The notes: generated by a model not told the origin, from the letters alone. Counted from the stretch's first letter, positions 12,835-26,550 are shown. The stretch: DNA of 64,000 nucleotides from Octopus sinensis (GCF_006345805.1 NC_043005.1:87854001-87918000); one strand, 5' to 3'. Numbers and translations: made by a program.

Positions 12835-13173
12835 TCTTTATATATAAAAGTAAGGTTGTGTGTCTGTCTACTCCGATTTAGATTCCTAACTACTCCCACA
12901 TTTTGCGGTGCAGTTTAACCAAAACCGGGTATCTTATAGTCGTGATTCATATCGAGCCCTTCATTTTTTTCCATTTTAATGCATATTTTTTAAATATAAG
13001 GGAAGTAACTCTCTAAAAATGTCTACAATGAGTCAACGATTTTCAAAAAAATTTACCATCATATTTTTTCCATTTTTAATGCATGTTTTTGCTATTTTTT
13101 GGCTATAACTCTCTAAAAATGCTTTATAGTTATTTCCCTTACAAACCCGAGCAACGCCGGGTGATACTGCTAG
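12835..13173 (+). mobile_element. Non-autonomous Helitron
   Basis: Inserted between A and T; 5' TCTTTATATATAAAA; subterminal hairpin CCCGAGCAACGCCGGG; 3' CTAG. Confidence 0.82.
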
Positions 13174-14679
13174 TCATTTATATTAATGATGCACATGTAA
13201 GATGATGTAATTGAATAGTTTGTGTGGAGAATATTCTGCGCTTTTTTCTATATATATTCTGTGATGTTTCTAACTTTGCAAACCAATGCAAAAAAAATTA
13301 TGAATCCAAACATGGAGTTCTCGTCGCAGATTTTTTCGCTCAAATTATAAGAAAACATATAGAGTTTTATATAATGTAAACTAGAATACGTGTGTGTGTG
13401 TGTGTGTGTGTGGTGTGTGTGTGTGTGTGTGTGTAAACGAAGGAAAAGACCGGAAAATATGTTCCCTTTCAACTGATTTTTCCAGCTCAAGGTATTTGCT
13501 GGAGTTTGTCGACAAGCATCATTTTATTGATGCCTATTATTCTCTCAATAATGCAAGAGAGACTATTTCTAGGCTTTATACTTGCAACTGAAATAAGAAC
13601 GACATTTGTCAGCTTCTAAGACATTAACGATTATTTCAGTGAATAAAAACCGTTTATCCGTTTCTAACCGACAGGAAAGAAAGTTATAAAAGCAAAATGT
13701 AAGAAGCTATTAAATACCATATATGGAATTATCTCTCAAAAATCCAAGAGAAAGTGCTGACCGCCAGGATTCCTCTACTCAGATAAAAAAAGCAAAAGGC
13801 TTTGAGCATTAGGTATAAATGTGACAATTCTAACATTTAGAAGGAGGAAGTAGAGCATCATTTAGTCATTGAAGAATTTTACTGTAAGATAACAAAAATA
13901 AATCTACCCATTTATGGTAATCAGGACTCGGAATGATCTAGAATTTAAGTCCTGCTCATTAGGGCATTTAGAATTTTGATCGAAAGCAAAGTCTACAGCA
14001 TATTGCTTAAAGTTAATCATTTCCATAAGATTGCCATGGCAGAAAAATCAAGTTTTTTTTTTTCTTTCAGATGACTGCGATTGAACGTTTCATTCAGATA
14101 AGATAACAAAATTGCGGAAGAATTTCTCATGACAGATACATTGTGGAGATCTTGCCACAATTATTCGCTCGCCATCCTCAACGCGTTGAACCGACTGTGT
14201 TTTCATGGGTGTTGTATTGCTTCCCGGTGTTGCTTTCCACCATATACCCAATGTAAAATATTTGATATGTCAGATAGAGTCAATTATCACACCTTTAGTA
14301 ATCGACATTCAATTATTTTATCGATGCTTGATTCCAGTAAATTTCGAACTAAATATCACAAAATATGTCGCACGCATATCTACCGCTTATAAGAAAGATC
14401 TTTCACCAAAACACTGCCTTCCCTGGCCATGATAGCTCACTGAATTCATCTACCCATTCTGCCAATATCCTGGTTATCAATGCATCACGTATTTCTGACA
14501 ATTTCATGCAAATGACACTTTGGAATCATAAAATTAAGGGTCCTGTTTTCAATACAAGAATTCTTTATTTACTGCTGACCATTCAGTGGAGACACGAGAG
14601 AATGATTACAAGCTGCAGAAGAATGAATATCTCGATAATTGGACAAATTTCCAGTAAAGACTGGCTTTAAATTTCGAGA

Positions 14680-14875
14680 CAGGCTCGAGAATTCCGGAGG
14701 CAGGGGTAAGTCGATTCCATCAACCCTCAGATTTCAATTGACATTAATGTTATCCATGCTGAACGAATGAAAGACAACGTCGACCCCAGAGGAATTTGAA
14801 CGCAGAACGTAAGTACGCACGGTATAGCGCAAAATATTTTGCCGGTGTGCAAAAGATTTTGCCAGCTCATCTCCA
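14680..14875 (-). mobile_element. Degenerate SINE family A
   Basis: GTCGACCCCAGAGGAATTTGAACGCAGAACGT...TGCCAGCTC. Confidence 0.8.
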
Positions 14876-15001
14876 CAAATGTCAAGAAAATATTAATGCC
14901 AGAAGCTTTAATGAAATTTTGTAAGAATAATCAAATTTTGTTGTATTTAAAACTTTAATAAGTATTCGCTTCTCAGATCTGACAGTATATATATATATAT
15001 C

Positions 15002-15067
<66 letters not shown>

Positions 15068-15523
15068 ATATAATATATATATATATATGTATAGATTCAC
15101 ACACATGGGTGGATGCACATATACATACATACTTCAGTTTGGCAGACTAATGGATAGCTTTTTTGCGTTTATTCATTGCAGACACAAAGGAACAAACTGG
15201 CAAGTCGTTCTTTGTCAGGTGTAACTGAAAGTATAGTCAAATCTCTAAGGTCATAACCAAGACAAGTTTATGTTTGCCAGAAATGTTACAAAGTCCACAG
15301 AAATGATGGTGAAGGCAATGAGTTGAGAGGAACTTACGGGCACATTTTCTTTTGTGAATTTTTTTCTCCAAGACATTATTTGGGGAATTAGCCACAACAC
15401 AATTATGTTCCCTAATTAAAACGTTTAAGAGTTAAATGAAACATTGTGGTATTATGCGTTGTGTGTGTGTGTGTGTGGTGTGTGTGTGTGTGTGTGTGTA
15501 CGCGTGTGTGTGTGTTATATATA

Positions 15524-16312
15524 TTGGGTCATCCCATAAATAATGCGGTTATTTCAATTGCATGAACTAAAAGTCGGAGAGGGAAGGGATAAACTACCTG
15601 CATCAACTTGCTATTAAAGCAGGTAGTAATTTTACCTTGCACTTATTTTAGTGCAAGTTTTGAAGTTTTGAAGTTCAGTTTTAACAGTTATAATGGAAGT
15701 GACAAAGGAGCATATTCGGCATATTTTGCTTCATGAGTTCAATAAAGGCAACAACGGAAAGTGCGAGGAATATTAATGCTGTATACGGGGATCGAACAAT
15801 AAGCGTCAGACAGTGTCAACGGTGGTTCCAGAAACTCCGAGCCGCAAACTACAGTCTAGAATATGAGCCTTGTCCTAGAAGATCTGTTGAGCCTGACGAG
15901 GGCGTCTTGCAAACCCTGGTGGAACAAAATCCTATTGTAACTGTTGAAGAAATAGCAGAGAAGCTTGAATTTGGTCACTCAAGCATTCATCAATACAAGC
16001 CATCGGAAAAGTCAGAAAAACTGGGTCAAAGGGTTCCTCACAAACTTTCCTAGTCTAATCGCACACAGAGGGTAAATCTGTGCCCTTCTATGCTATCACG
16101 TCTTACGAATGAACCTTTATTTGGACTGAATAGTGACAGGTGACAAGAAATGTGCTCTTTATAAAAATGTCAAGCGCTGAAGACAGTGGGTAGAGAAAGG
16201 AGGAACACCAGCACCACAGGCTAAAGAAGGTCTTCACCAACGTAAGTAATTGCTATCTGATGGTGAGATATAAAAGCTTTAGTCCACTTTAAACTTCTAA
16301 ACTCAAACCAAA

Positions 16313-16316
<4 letters not shown>
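15524..16316 (+). mobile_element. Mariner transposon, 5' part, ending at (TA)n
   Basis: TA|TTGGGTCATCCCATAAATAATGCGG terminus; ATG at 15693, MEVTKEHIRHILLHEFNKG..ESARNINAVYGDRTISVRQCQRWFQK; VTGDKK catalytic-region remnant. Confidence 0.9.
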
Positions 16317-16380
<64 letters not shown>

Positions 16381-16391
16381 GGGTCGAAATT

Positions 16392-16484
16392 ATACAAAAA
16401 CAAACAAGACAGACAAATGAGCGAACAAGGAACAGGGTGTAATTATTTGGACGCTCACGAAAAGCGGAAGGTATCATTTCGAGC

Positions 16485-16488
<4 letters not shown>
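16392..16488 (-). mobile_element. Truncated member of the minimal-hammerhead (Penelope-like) short repeat
   Basis: Minus strand GTAGGCTCGAAAT...TGAGCGTCCAAATAAT, shared with 23481-23675 and 30251-30433; 5' half of the ribozyme core is missing. Confidence 0.55.
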
Positions 16489-16515
<27 letters not shown>

Positions 16516-16520
<5 letters not shown>

Positions 16521-16795
16521 CAACATTTGAATTTAATTTGTCAAAATATTTTCGTCGCTTTGAAACCGCGACCTGTTCACTGAGATGCAGCACGGAATTT
16601 TGTCATTCAATAGGTCGCGGTTTCGAATCGACGAAAATATTTTGACAAATTTAATTTAAATGTTGAAGTGAATCTAACGGTTTTTTGTATCTTTGAATGG
16701 CTTATAAACACCTTCCACGCTGCAACTGTTTTTGTTTCAACACACCACCTCAGACCAGGTCACTCCATATGCAAGTACATCCTCTATGATTATAT
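16516..16795. repeat. Interspersed repeat with 59-bp inverted arms (16516-16574 / 16612-16670)
   Basis: CACTTCAACATTT..GAAACCGCGACCT pairs with AGGTCGCGGTTTC..AAATGTTGAAGTG; left arm starts at (CA)n. Confidence 0.8.
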
Positions 16796-16796
16796 A

Positions 16797-17787
16797 CAGG
16801 GGTTGGACAAAATAATGGAAGCACCTTAAAATTTCAAACAAATTTATTTCAATATGGAGTAGGTCTGCCGTTGGCAGTAATTACAGCGTGAATTCTACGA
16901 GGTATGGACTCGTGCAAAGTTTGAATTGAGGATCTGCGGATTTTGGTAGCCAGATAAGGTGTTCAACATCACTAGAATGTTCCTCGTGCCGTTCAGTAAC
17001 AACTTTAGCTGTGTGAATTTATGCATTATCATCCTGAAAGATTGCGTTTCCTTCCGGAAACAGTTCCGCAACCATAGGATGAGTTTGATTAAATGAAATG
17101 CTTAAATAGTCTTGACTATCAATAATTCTGCCGTGAAGGGAAAGTATTGGGCCGGCAGATTTCCAAGATATACCCCCACCCAATCATCACAGATCTTCCT
17201 GCAGGTTTAACAGTTGGAAGAAGGCAGTCTGGGTCAAATGCTTCTTTTGGCTGCTTCTATGCTTATACTACACGGTGGTCGGAAATAAGGTAAAGGATGA
17301 CTCGTCCGAGAAAATAACATTCTTCCACTACTTTAGGGACCAATTCTGTATGTTTTTACACCACTATAAACGCTTTGCAACGTTTGCTTTTGAAAGTAGT
17401 GGATTTCTAATTGCTGCCCTCCCGTGAAATCCGGCTTTGTGCAGCTCTCGGCGAACATTTGCTTGGTGGAAACTGGGTTCTCGAGGTGGTCATTAAGCTC
17501 TGCAGTAATTTTGGGAGGTGTTTTTTCGTTACGCTAGCGCCTGTCATGCGAGCACCAACAATTTGACCTCTTTGAAAGTCCGATAGATCTCTCATTTTAA
17601 TGAATCTTAATTACCTTTTCCTTGTGATATCTGAAAAGAAACTGCAATTTTAGCAAAGCATTTTAAGCAACATAAACAATAATAAATCAAAAAGCATATA
17701 AATAAACAAGCTTTTGACAGTTTTACAGATATTTCAAAATCATGATGCTATGATGCTAGGTACTTCCATTATTTTGTCCAATCCCTG
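16797..17787 (-). mobile_element. Tc1-family transposon, internally decayed
   Basis: 29-bp TIRs CAGGG(G/A)TTGGACAAAATAATGGAAG(C/T)ACC with TA on both sides; MRDLSDFQRGQIVGAR; WKNVIFSDESSFTLF. Confidence 0.93.
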
Positions 17788-18007
17788 TATATACATATAT
17801 AAATATGTATGTGTGCATGTGTGGGGCGCATGTGTAACTTCGTTACATGTAACCATTTATTCTTCTATAATGAAGTTTGAGAAAAGAATATGTTTTTTGT
17901 TTCAGATGATGGAATTTAAAATTAGAATAGAAAGTATTTTTCCAAACTTGACAATTCCAAAATTTGAAGCACTAATTCAAGGAATTTAATATTATATTGG
18001 GAGAGAA

Positions 18008-18890
18008 AGAGGTGAGTTGGCAGAATGATTAGCATGCTGGACGAAATGCTAATCGTTATTTCGTCTTCCGCTACGTTCTAGGTTCAAATTCCACCGAGGT
18101 CGACTTTGCCTTTCATCATTTCGTGTTCGATAAATTAAGTACCAGTTCCGTACTGGGGTCGATGTAATCGACTAACCCTCTACCCCCAAATTTTCAGGCC
18201 TTGTACCTATAATAGAAATGATTATTTTACTGGGAGAGGACAACGTCATAGAAAAGTAATATTGGTTTCAAATTTTGGCACAAGACCAGGAAGTTCATGG
18301 GAAGTGGTCTGTCGATTACATCAACCCCAGTACTCAACTGGTACTTATTTTATCGATCCCGAAAGGATAAATGGTAAAGTCGACCTCGGCAGAATTTGAA
18401 CTCAGAACGTCGAGACGGACTATATGCCTATTTCTTTACTACCCACAAGAGGCTAAACATAGAGAGGACAAACAAGGACAGACAAACGGATTAAGTCGAT
18501 TGTATCGACCCAAGTGCGTAACTGGTACTTAATTTATCGACCCCGAAAGGATGAAAGGCAAAGTCGACCTCGCCGGAATTTGAACTCAGAACGTAACGGC
18601 AGACGAAATACTGTTACGCATTTCGCCCGGCGTGCTAACGTTTCTGCCAGCTCGCCGCCTTGCTGAACTATAGGCCACTAAGCATTTTGTTCGGCGTGCT
18701 CATGATTCAGCCAGTTCGCTTCCGCATAGAAGAGTAATATTAACTGTAAAAGGAAGGCGGCGAGCTGGCTGAATCGTTAGCACACCGGAAAAAATCTCGT
18801 TTATTCTAATATTGAATTCAAATTCCGCCGGGGTCGACTTTACCTTTCATTCTTTCAGGGTCGTTAAAATATGTCCTAGTTAAGCACTGG
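18008..18890. mobile_element. Cluster of four SINE family A copies (+, nested -/-, +)
   Basis: + copy 18008-18225; - copy 18427-18661 inserted in an older - copy (18260-18420 plus 18662-18724); + copy 18753-18890. Confidence 0.88.
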
Positions 18891-19707
18891 AACCTCTCCA
18901 GAGATCAGTTTTAAATGTGAAAGACAGCAACGGCTACATCAAAAGGCGGAATGGTGGTGTGTATATAATTAGTTCCAAGGACAAATGATTTAGTGGTAGA
19001 AAAATGTTTTTTTGGAAAATATGATTATGAAGGAGGGTGAGGTGAGAAATATTCATAATTGTGGTGGAAGAATTTCACCAACGAAAAGAAATTTTGTTGG
19101 TAATGTAAATGGATGGAAAGAATATGCGAAAATTACAAGAAAGCTAAAAAGTATATGAACTACATAAATTGAATGTGTTTTCTCGTGTTTAAACATTAAT
19201 TATTTATAAAAAGCAATCAAAAATGAGAGCTGTTTTGATGGGAATGTGGTGGGGAGGAAACCAGACGTTATTAACATGTATTTTAGTAAGACAAGTCGGC
19301 AGCTTTTTTTCATTATATTTTGAGCGGTGGGGCTGAGTATGTTGGGGAGGAGTAGAGAGAGTGAAGAAAGCAAGGGAAACAAAGATGAATGGTGGAGAAA
19401 ATAAGGATGAAGGAAGGAGGAGGAGGGAAGAAACAGGAGGAGGAGGGAAAGTAAGGGGAAGAGGGGGAGGCAGAGGTGGGGAAGGAGGAGGAGAAGAAGA
19501 AGAAGAATTAACTGCAATTAGGAAGGGTTTTTTTAAAGGAGACGGAAGGACTGATTCTTGTTGCTCAATCAAGTGTAGCGGTGATAAGACAGTAGCATCC
19601 CTTTTTGTGTAGATTACGGCGACGATGACGGCGAGTTTTTAAAAAAGGAGATTAAAATGACATCCTTCATTTCCACGTTGTCCTTCTAACGCCAACACAT
19701 TCTCTGT

Positions 19708-20039
19708 CTATGGCTCAGTGGTTAGAGCGTCGAGCTTACGATCGTGAGGTTGTGAGCTCGAATCCCGGACCGGGCTGCGTGTTGTGTTCTTGAGCAAGGC
19801 ACTTTATTTCACGTTGCTCCAGTTCACTCAGCTGTAGAAATGAGTTGCGATGTCACAGGTGCCAAGCTGTATCGACCTTTGTCTTTCCCTTGGATAACAC
19901 TGGTGGCGTGGAGAGGGGAGGCTGGTATGCATGGGCGACTGCTGGTCTTCCATAAACAACCTTGCCCGGACTTGTGTCTAGGAGGGTAACTTTCTAGGTG
20001 CAATCCCATGGTCATTCATGACCGAAGGGGGTCTTTACT

Positions 20040-20043
<4 letters not shown>
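19708..20043 (+). mobile_element. SINE family C, full length
   Basis: A box TGGCTCAGTGG, B box GCTCGAATCCC, central CTTGAGCAAGGCACTT motif, 3' tail running into (TA)n. Confidence 0.88.
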
Positions 20044-20073
<30 letters not shown>

Positions 20074-20078
<5 letters not shown>

Positions 20079-21190
20079 GCGAAAGATATTTGAGGACAGA
20101 TTTATGTTTATAAAACGATATATAATAGCAGATAATAACTTTATTTTAAAATGCTATGAGGGATAAAAATAAACCTTCTTTTCTATAATGTTATTCAATA
20201 AAGCCACCTTCAGCTTCAAGAACTGCTTCTATTTGAGATCTAAATCATGTACATGCTCGAATCAAATGGCTCTGGTTCATTTTGGACATTACTCTGACTA
20301 TGGCAGCTTTCAAAGAATCTTTGGTGTTATGGGCTTGTGTATTGCCCTTTCTCCCAACAACGCTCCACAAGTAATAGTCCAATGGATTGAGATATGGGAA
20401 ATTCGGAGCCGAAATGTTAGGGGTTGTGTGATTATGAAAATTTTCAGCCACCCATTCGTGTGCTATAGTGCAGAGTTTTACTGAAACACATAGAGCCTTC
20501 CATTGCATACACTGTCTATCCAGAGCTTAACAATTATTTCCAGGCGGCAGAGTTAACTCTAAGGCCTTGTGGAATGAAGTAAGGAGGCATCACGTTGCTG
20601 ACAACCCTTAAAACCATGACAGTTGCAGGAACTTTTGTCATGTCTTCTGTTAACCTTTTGACCTCGTTTCAGATAAATCTTCTGCAGGATTTTTCAGTTT
20701 GTTTAAGAGCCTTTTAGATCTGATGTAGTGATTTTCTTTTGCTTTTTTGGACAAATTGACCTCTTCACATATAAGACTTATTATGTGATGTCTTCGTACA
20801 CAACATTTCTGACTGTTCCTTCTGAAACCTTTTGCAATTAACCTCATAGATTTTCTGGGATTGTAATCAGTGGTCTATTCAAGTATTCTGATGATATCAG
20901 AGCGTTTAGAATGCTTTTTTTATGCTTTGATACTGGTGATACGTTTCCATCTTCAGCCTCAAGCTCCTTACAAATTTTGTAGACAAAAGATCTGGCAACT
21001 TTCAAAAATCGAGATATTTCTAAATCGCTATGCACAGCATTTATAAACACAAAAACATGATGCCTCTTCATTTCTTGAGAAGGCTGAGGGCCAGCGATTA
21101 TTATTTTCTCAAACCAAGATTATACAGAGTTAGCAAAAAATGCAGCAATGACCCAGAAACGTTATGTCCTCAAATACTTTACGCACCCTG
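20074..21190 (-). mobile_element. maT/DD37D-type Tc1-mariner transposon, decayed
   Basis: TIRs (C/A)AGGGTGCG.AAAG.ATTTGAGGACA; DLEISRFLKVARSFVYK; PYLNPLDYYLWSVV..HNTKDSLKAAI. Confidence 0.88.
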
Positions 21191-21452
21191 ACATACACAC
21201 ACCAGCATCGGATGTCAAGCGGGGGGGGGACAAATAAAGACACAAAAACACAAACACACACACACACATATATATATATACATATTATACGACATGCTTC
21301 TTCCAGTTTCCGTCTACCAAATCCACTCACAAGGCTTTGGTCGGCCCGAGGCTGTAGTAGAACACACTTGCCAAGGTGTCATGCAGTGGGACTGAACCCC
21401 GAGCCATGTGGTTGGTAAGCAAGCTACTTACTACACAACCACTCCTGCGCCT
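21191..21452 (-). mobile_element. SINE family B (head and middle)
   Basis: TTCCAGTTTCCGTCTACCAAATCCACTCACAAGGCTTTGGTCGGCCCGAGG...CACTCCTGCGCCT. Confidence 0.92.
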
Positions 21453-21772
21453 ATGTGTGCGTGTGTGTAGTATGATTTACACGAGGAGCTTTATCTTTGT
21501 CAGCAGTGGATAAAGAACTGTCTCAGGCTAAATCAAAATTACAAAATGAAAAAGCCCAAGCAAAAGAAAAATAAGAAGAAATGAAACGAGTAAAGTTAAA
21601 GATAAACGAAATTATTAAGAATTCAATTAATTCCTAATATTCTGTGTATTCCCCTGTTCTAATGTTTTACGACAACAGATGTATTTCTTCGATGCAGCGT
21701 CTGAATACTTATATCGAATGTCGTTTTATTGTGTGTGTGCGTGTGTGTGTGTGTTTTTGTGGGTGTGTGTGT

Positions 21773-21814
<42 letters not shown>

Positions 21815-22049
21815 AAGAGAGGTTCAAACGACAGCAGAGAGCTGCTGAGTGAAACACTATCGAATCTGGCAGTGCCTGAGGGCAGAGCTTAAAAATAATT
21901 ACCGGCTTCACCTAAACACGATGAATGAATGATTTGTAATTCGAGGGAAAATTATATACTTAAAATATATGTACGTATGTATGTATGTAGTATGTATGTA
22001 TGTATGTATGTAGTATGTATGTATGTATGTATGTATGTATGTATGTATG

Positions 22050-22083
<34 letters not shown>

Positions 22084-22152
22084 ATATATATATTAATATA
22101 TACATATGATATATATATGTATATATAATGGATGTATATATATATGTGTGTG

Positions 22153-22239
<87 letters not shown>

Positions 22240-22441
22240 AAGGTGGTGTGTTTGGCATATATATATATATGTATGTATAAGGTGGTGTGTTTGGCATGAT
22301 GACTTCAAAATGATGATGAATATTTATTACTTTCTAAATTTAGAATAAATTCTTTGATATATCGAAGAATTAAGAATTGCGGTCTCTTTCTTTCTCCTGC
22401 TCTATCTCCCTCTCTCTCACTTCTCTCTCTCTCTCTATCTC

Positions 22442-22473
<32 letters not shown>

Positions 22474-22973
22474 CATATATACACACACACACACATATAC
22501 ACACACACATACACACACACGCATACACATCTATTTGATTATCTTTGTATTTTTTATCGTATGTATCTGTTCAAATTTCTCATTTAATAATTTAACATAT
22601 CACTCTCAAATATTTCGTTCTCCTAATATAATTTACATCATATTTTATTCATTGTACCAAACTTTGTCTGTTTAGGCAGTATCTAATTTATTTATTTAGT
22701 ATGTTGTCCAACATCGCATATCTATGATGTATCAGGATAATATAATTTTATTTCAATTTGCGCAAGCGCAACAAAGTGCTCGACAGAGAGAGCAAGCCAA
22801 AGACTTTGTCAGGTGTCTTGGAACTAATCTTAGTCACTGATACACTATGTTCAGGGATACAACACTTCACTCCCATATGGCAGAAGTTGGTTCGGTGTAA
22901 AGGGCTACAGAATTAGACTCGCGGCTTTGTGTTGCGTGCGACGGTAGATTATGTACATCTTCATATGTATATA

Positions 22974-23197
22974 CGAGAGGGTTCTGAAAAAGTTACTGGC
23001 TTTGGATAAAAAAATACAGGAGAATCAGTTAATTACGATTTTATTCAACACACTCCCCTTACAGTTTCCACACACTTATAATTATTTTGGTCCATCAGCT
23101 TTTCTAAGGTCTGTAAAATAACTTCGAATGTTGGGCTTCCAACCAGGGTCTGTAGGAGCAATACTCTTAAAGCCAGGGACGTTTCAGCATCACTCCG
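22974..23197. mobile_element. Mariner-derived MITE
   Basis: TA|CGAGAGGGTTCTGAAAAGTTACTGGCTTT ... AAAGCCAGGGACGTTTCAGCATCACTCCG|TA. Confidence 0.8.
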
Positions 23198-23384
23198 TAC
23201 ATACATATATACATACATACAAATACCTGTATTGGGTTACTATGTAGTCTGCTGACCGGATCCACTAGAGGAGCTTTCTGTGATAGCCACAGCATTCCAT
23301 GAGTCATCTATTGCACAACAAATTTACATACATTCATACATATATACATAAATATATGCATACATACATACATGCATATGCATA

Positions 23385-23675
<291 letters not shown>

Positions 23676-24450
23676 TATGAAATGATTTCTATTTTTTCTA
23701 TTCCTATATAAGATACTAATGTTTATTGAAATCATTTAGAAAATGGTCTAAGGATTATTTACTTAAATTTCTTAATATAGAATCTGGATGTCAAATGGTA
23801 GTAGACATTAAAACCTCTAGAGCACCAATAGTCTATCTTCCCCTACCCCTCTAACTTCAACATACTAGCTTTTTGCTATAGTGCATTCAAATATATCTGG
23901 GCTGGGTTCCTCAGAATAGAAAAAGTTTATGGTTTTGACATTTGTTCCACCCCTTCCTATATCTATAAATAGAAAAATTCTTTTTCTCCATCCAACCAAA
24001 AAGAAAATCCCCCTCCCCACTGACAGATCTAAATAACAAAGTGAAAGAATCTGCAGTCAGAGAGTAAATGTAATACTATCATATTCTTAAGAATGAAACC
24101 AACCTCTCTGTCTGTATATCTACCCTCTTTATAATGTTGGCAAACGAAATAGAGGTAAGAATGTGCATTGTCTGTTTGATTGGAAAATGTCTATAAGTGG
24201 CTGAAGATTGCTCGACATTTTAAAACTTATGTAATACTTACAGTGTTTAATAAAATGAAGTAGCATGAAACGATTGTACCTCATTACCTCGGATATACTT
24301 GTTGCTTATTTTGATTATAATCACCCCATGGATTTATATGGATAATACCATACAAAATTCTGGTTCCTTTGACTTAAGTACCATATTCATCTGAATCTAA
24401 ATTGTGTGTGTGCGTATTCTATTTTAGTTAACAGTATTAGCGCCACGTGT

Positions 24451-24776
24451 TTGGGTTAGTTTATATATGTTTGTGATATAGATAAACTTCTAAACGCAAA
24501 TTCACCGCAGTTACCGCAGTTACTAAGAGGTGTAAAAGCACCAGATCTACCCATAGCTTTCCCCTATCGAATTCCGGGGCGGCCTTTCCTGGCTCTTCAG
24601 CCACCAGCCAGAGACAGTTGTCTGAGGATCTGATATATGCAAGCACTGGGTAGATATGCTGTTCTTACAACTCGTACCGTAAGAGAGAATGTTTTATCCG
24701 CGGTAAGTGCCCGTGAATTTACCTTTAGAAGTTAAAATATGTCACAAACATATGAACGTATTTTAACTTTACCCAA
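24451..24776. repeat. Degenerate fold-back element
   Basis: Nested paired blocks ATATGTTTGTGATAT/ATATGTCACAAACATAT, AACTTCTAAA/TTTAGAAGTT, TTACCGC/GCGGTAA, ATCTACCCA/TGGGTAGAT. Confidence 0.7.
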
Positions 24777-25460
24777 AGTTCATGTGTGAATATATGTGTG
24801 TGTGTTTGCGCGTGTGTCTGTGTGTGTACGTGTGAGTATGTATTACATATAATTTCTTTGTACATACTCATTTACAACTTCGCTGTATTGATGTTGTAGT
24901 AATTAAACATATTCTCTCCTAATAATTCTGATTAGAACACAGCGTCATCTTTCCATTTCATCATTTCGAGAATCTTATTTAATTAAACCTTTTAATAAAG
25001 GAAGTTATTCCCAGTCGGCTTCTAATTATAATAAATCACAAATAAATTTTCACAACATGTGAAGGCATAACTCTTAGTTAATGGCTAATTTGTACATTCC
25101 CAGTTGTGAGAGCAGCCATATTAAATCTCGCTGTTAGATTCATTCTTTGCTGCCATGTTTCACTGTTGAACTACAACAAAATAGTTAAATCTTTCTCGTT
25201 ATATGGCTACAACAGATCTACTCTTGTTTAGCAAAGGTATATGTTCTTTGCTAATTAGAATGAAATTCTATCAGTTTCTGATGCTGGAGTGTTACCCGAC
25301 ATGTGGTGGGTAGCATTTAGAACTCTACGTTTTGCATCAAGGGCGATATAATGAAATATGTCCGACTTCCAATAATTATATTTCAACTTTTTATCACATT
25401 TATTCAAGATTCTACAAAATGTTCAAATGAATATTAATTTCAGAGAAAAGATATTAATAC

Positions 25461-25622
25461 AGGAGCAGGCGCGGCTGTTTGGTAAAAAGCCTACTTCCCA
25501 ACCATTTTGTTCCGGATTAATTCCTACTGCGTGCCCCTTCAGTAAGGGTCTTCTACCTTAGGGTCGGGCCGACCAAATCCCTGTGAGTTAGTTTGGTAAA
25601 CGGAAATTGAAAGAAGTTCATC
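25461..25622 (+). mobile_element. SINE family B head
   Basis: AGGAGCAGGCGCGGCTGTTTGGTAA...GGGCCGACCAAA..GGAAATTGAAAGAAG. Confidence 0.82.
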
Positions 25623-25716
<94 letters not shown>

Positions 25717-25731
25717 GCCATGATAGATCGG

Positions 25732-25901
25732 TAGCCACTACACATATTTTTCTCTTCTTGTTTCTTTCTGTGTTCTTTTCTATGTAAGAGCGTAGGCTCG
25801 AAACGTTAAAGACTTTTTCAATTCCCGAGCGCTATACTAATACATCTGTTTGTTTTCTACACCACCTGTCTTCGTCTTTTGTTTTTTTTTTCGTGAACTC
25901 T

Positions 25902-25948
<47 letters not shown>

Positions 25949-26205
25949 ATAACATAAGGGACGTTAGCCATCTGAATGTGGCTAGGGACAGGGCAGGGCG
26001 GTGGGGGTGTTACTGATGCATTTAGCCCCAGGCGATCATCAACGTGATGGCGTCAGCCCTCTGGTGACGTTGATGATCGCCTGGGGCTAAATGCATCAGT
26101 AACACCCCCACCGCCCTGCCCTGTCCCTAGCCACATTCAGATGGCTAACGTCCCTTATGTTATAGAGCAGTTACTGTCTATATCTCGTTTAGAGAATTAT
26201 TATTG

Positions 26206-26207
<2 letters not shown>
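25732..26207 (+). mobile_element. Composite repeat, copy 1: hammerhead-variant unit, (TA)n, 95-bp perfect hairpin, tail
   Basis: Unit 25732-25885 contains CTATGTAAGAGCGTAGGCTCGAAACGTT; arms 25951-26045 / 26067-26161; tail GTTACTGTCTATATCTCGTTTAGAGAATTATTATTG; same order at 32491-33071. Confidence 0.8.
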
Positions 26208-26243
<36 letters not shown>

Positions 26244-26245
<2 letters not shown>

Positions 26246-26550
26246 AGGCGCAATGGCCCAGTGGTTAGGGCAGCGAACTCGTGGTCGTAGGATCGCGGTT
26301 TCGATTCCCAGACCGGGCGTTTTGAGTGTTTATTGAGCGAAAACACCTAAAGCTCCACGAGGCTCCGGCAGCGGGTGGTGGCGATCCCTGCTGTACTAAT
26401 TCGCTACAACCTTCTCTCACTCTTTCTTCTGTTAGCCTGCTCGATTAGTCAGCGGGGTGGCGTCATTTGAAGGCTAAAACAATGCGAAGCGCATTGTGAC
26501 CAGCGGTGGGTAGCAACATCTGATAGCCTGGTCGGTCACGGTGACGGTGA
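26244..26550 (+). mobile_element. SINE family D
   Basis: A box TGGCCCAGTGG, B box GTTTCGATTCC; 3' part CAGCGGGGTGGCGTCATT.GAAGGC.AAAACAATGCGAA shared with 30109-30231 and 60700-60820. Confidence 0.82.

Noticed and set aside
14129-14670. Overlapping 75-101 aa ORFs in unique sequence
   Set aside because: No recognisable domain, no convincing acceptor/donor pair, and lengths are compatible with chance
19708-19780. tRNA-like sequences here and at 26244, 59665 and 60525
   Set aside because: A and B boxes are present, but there is no complete cloverleaf and each continues into a SINE body
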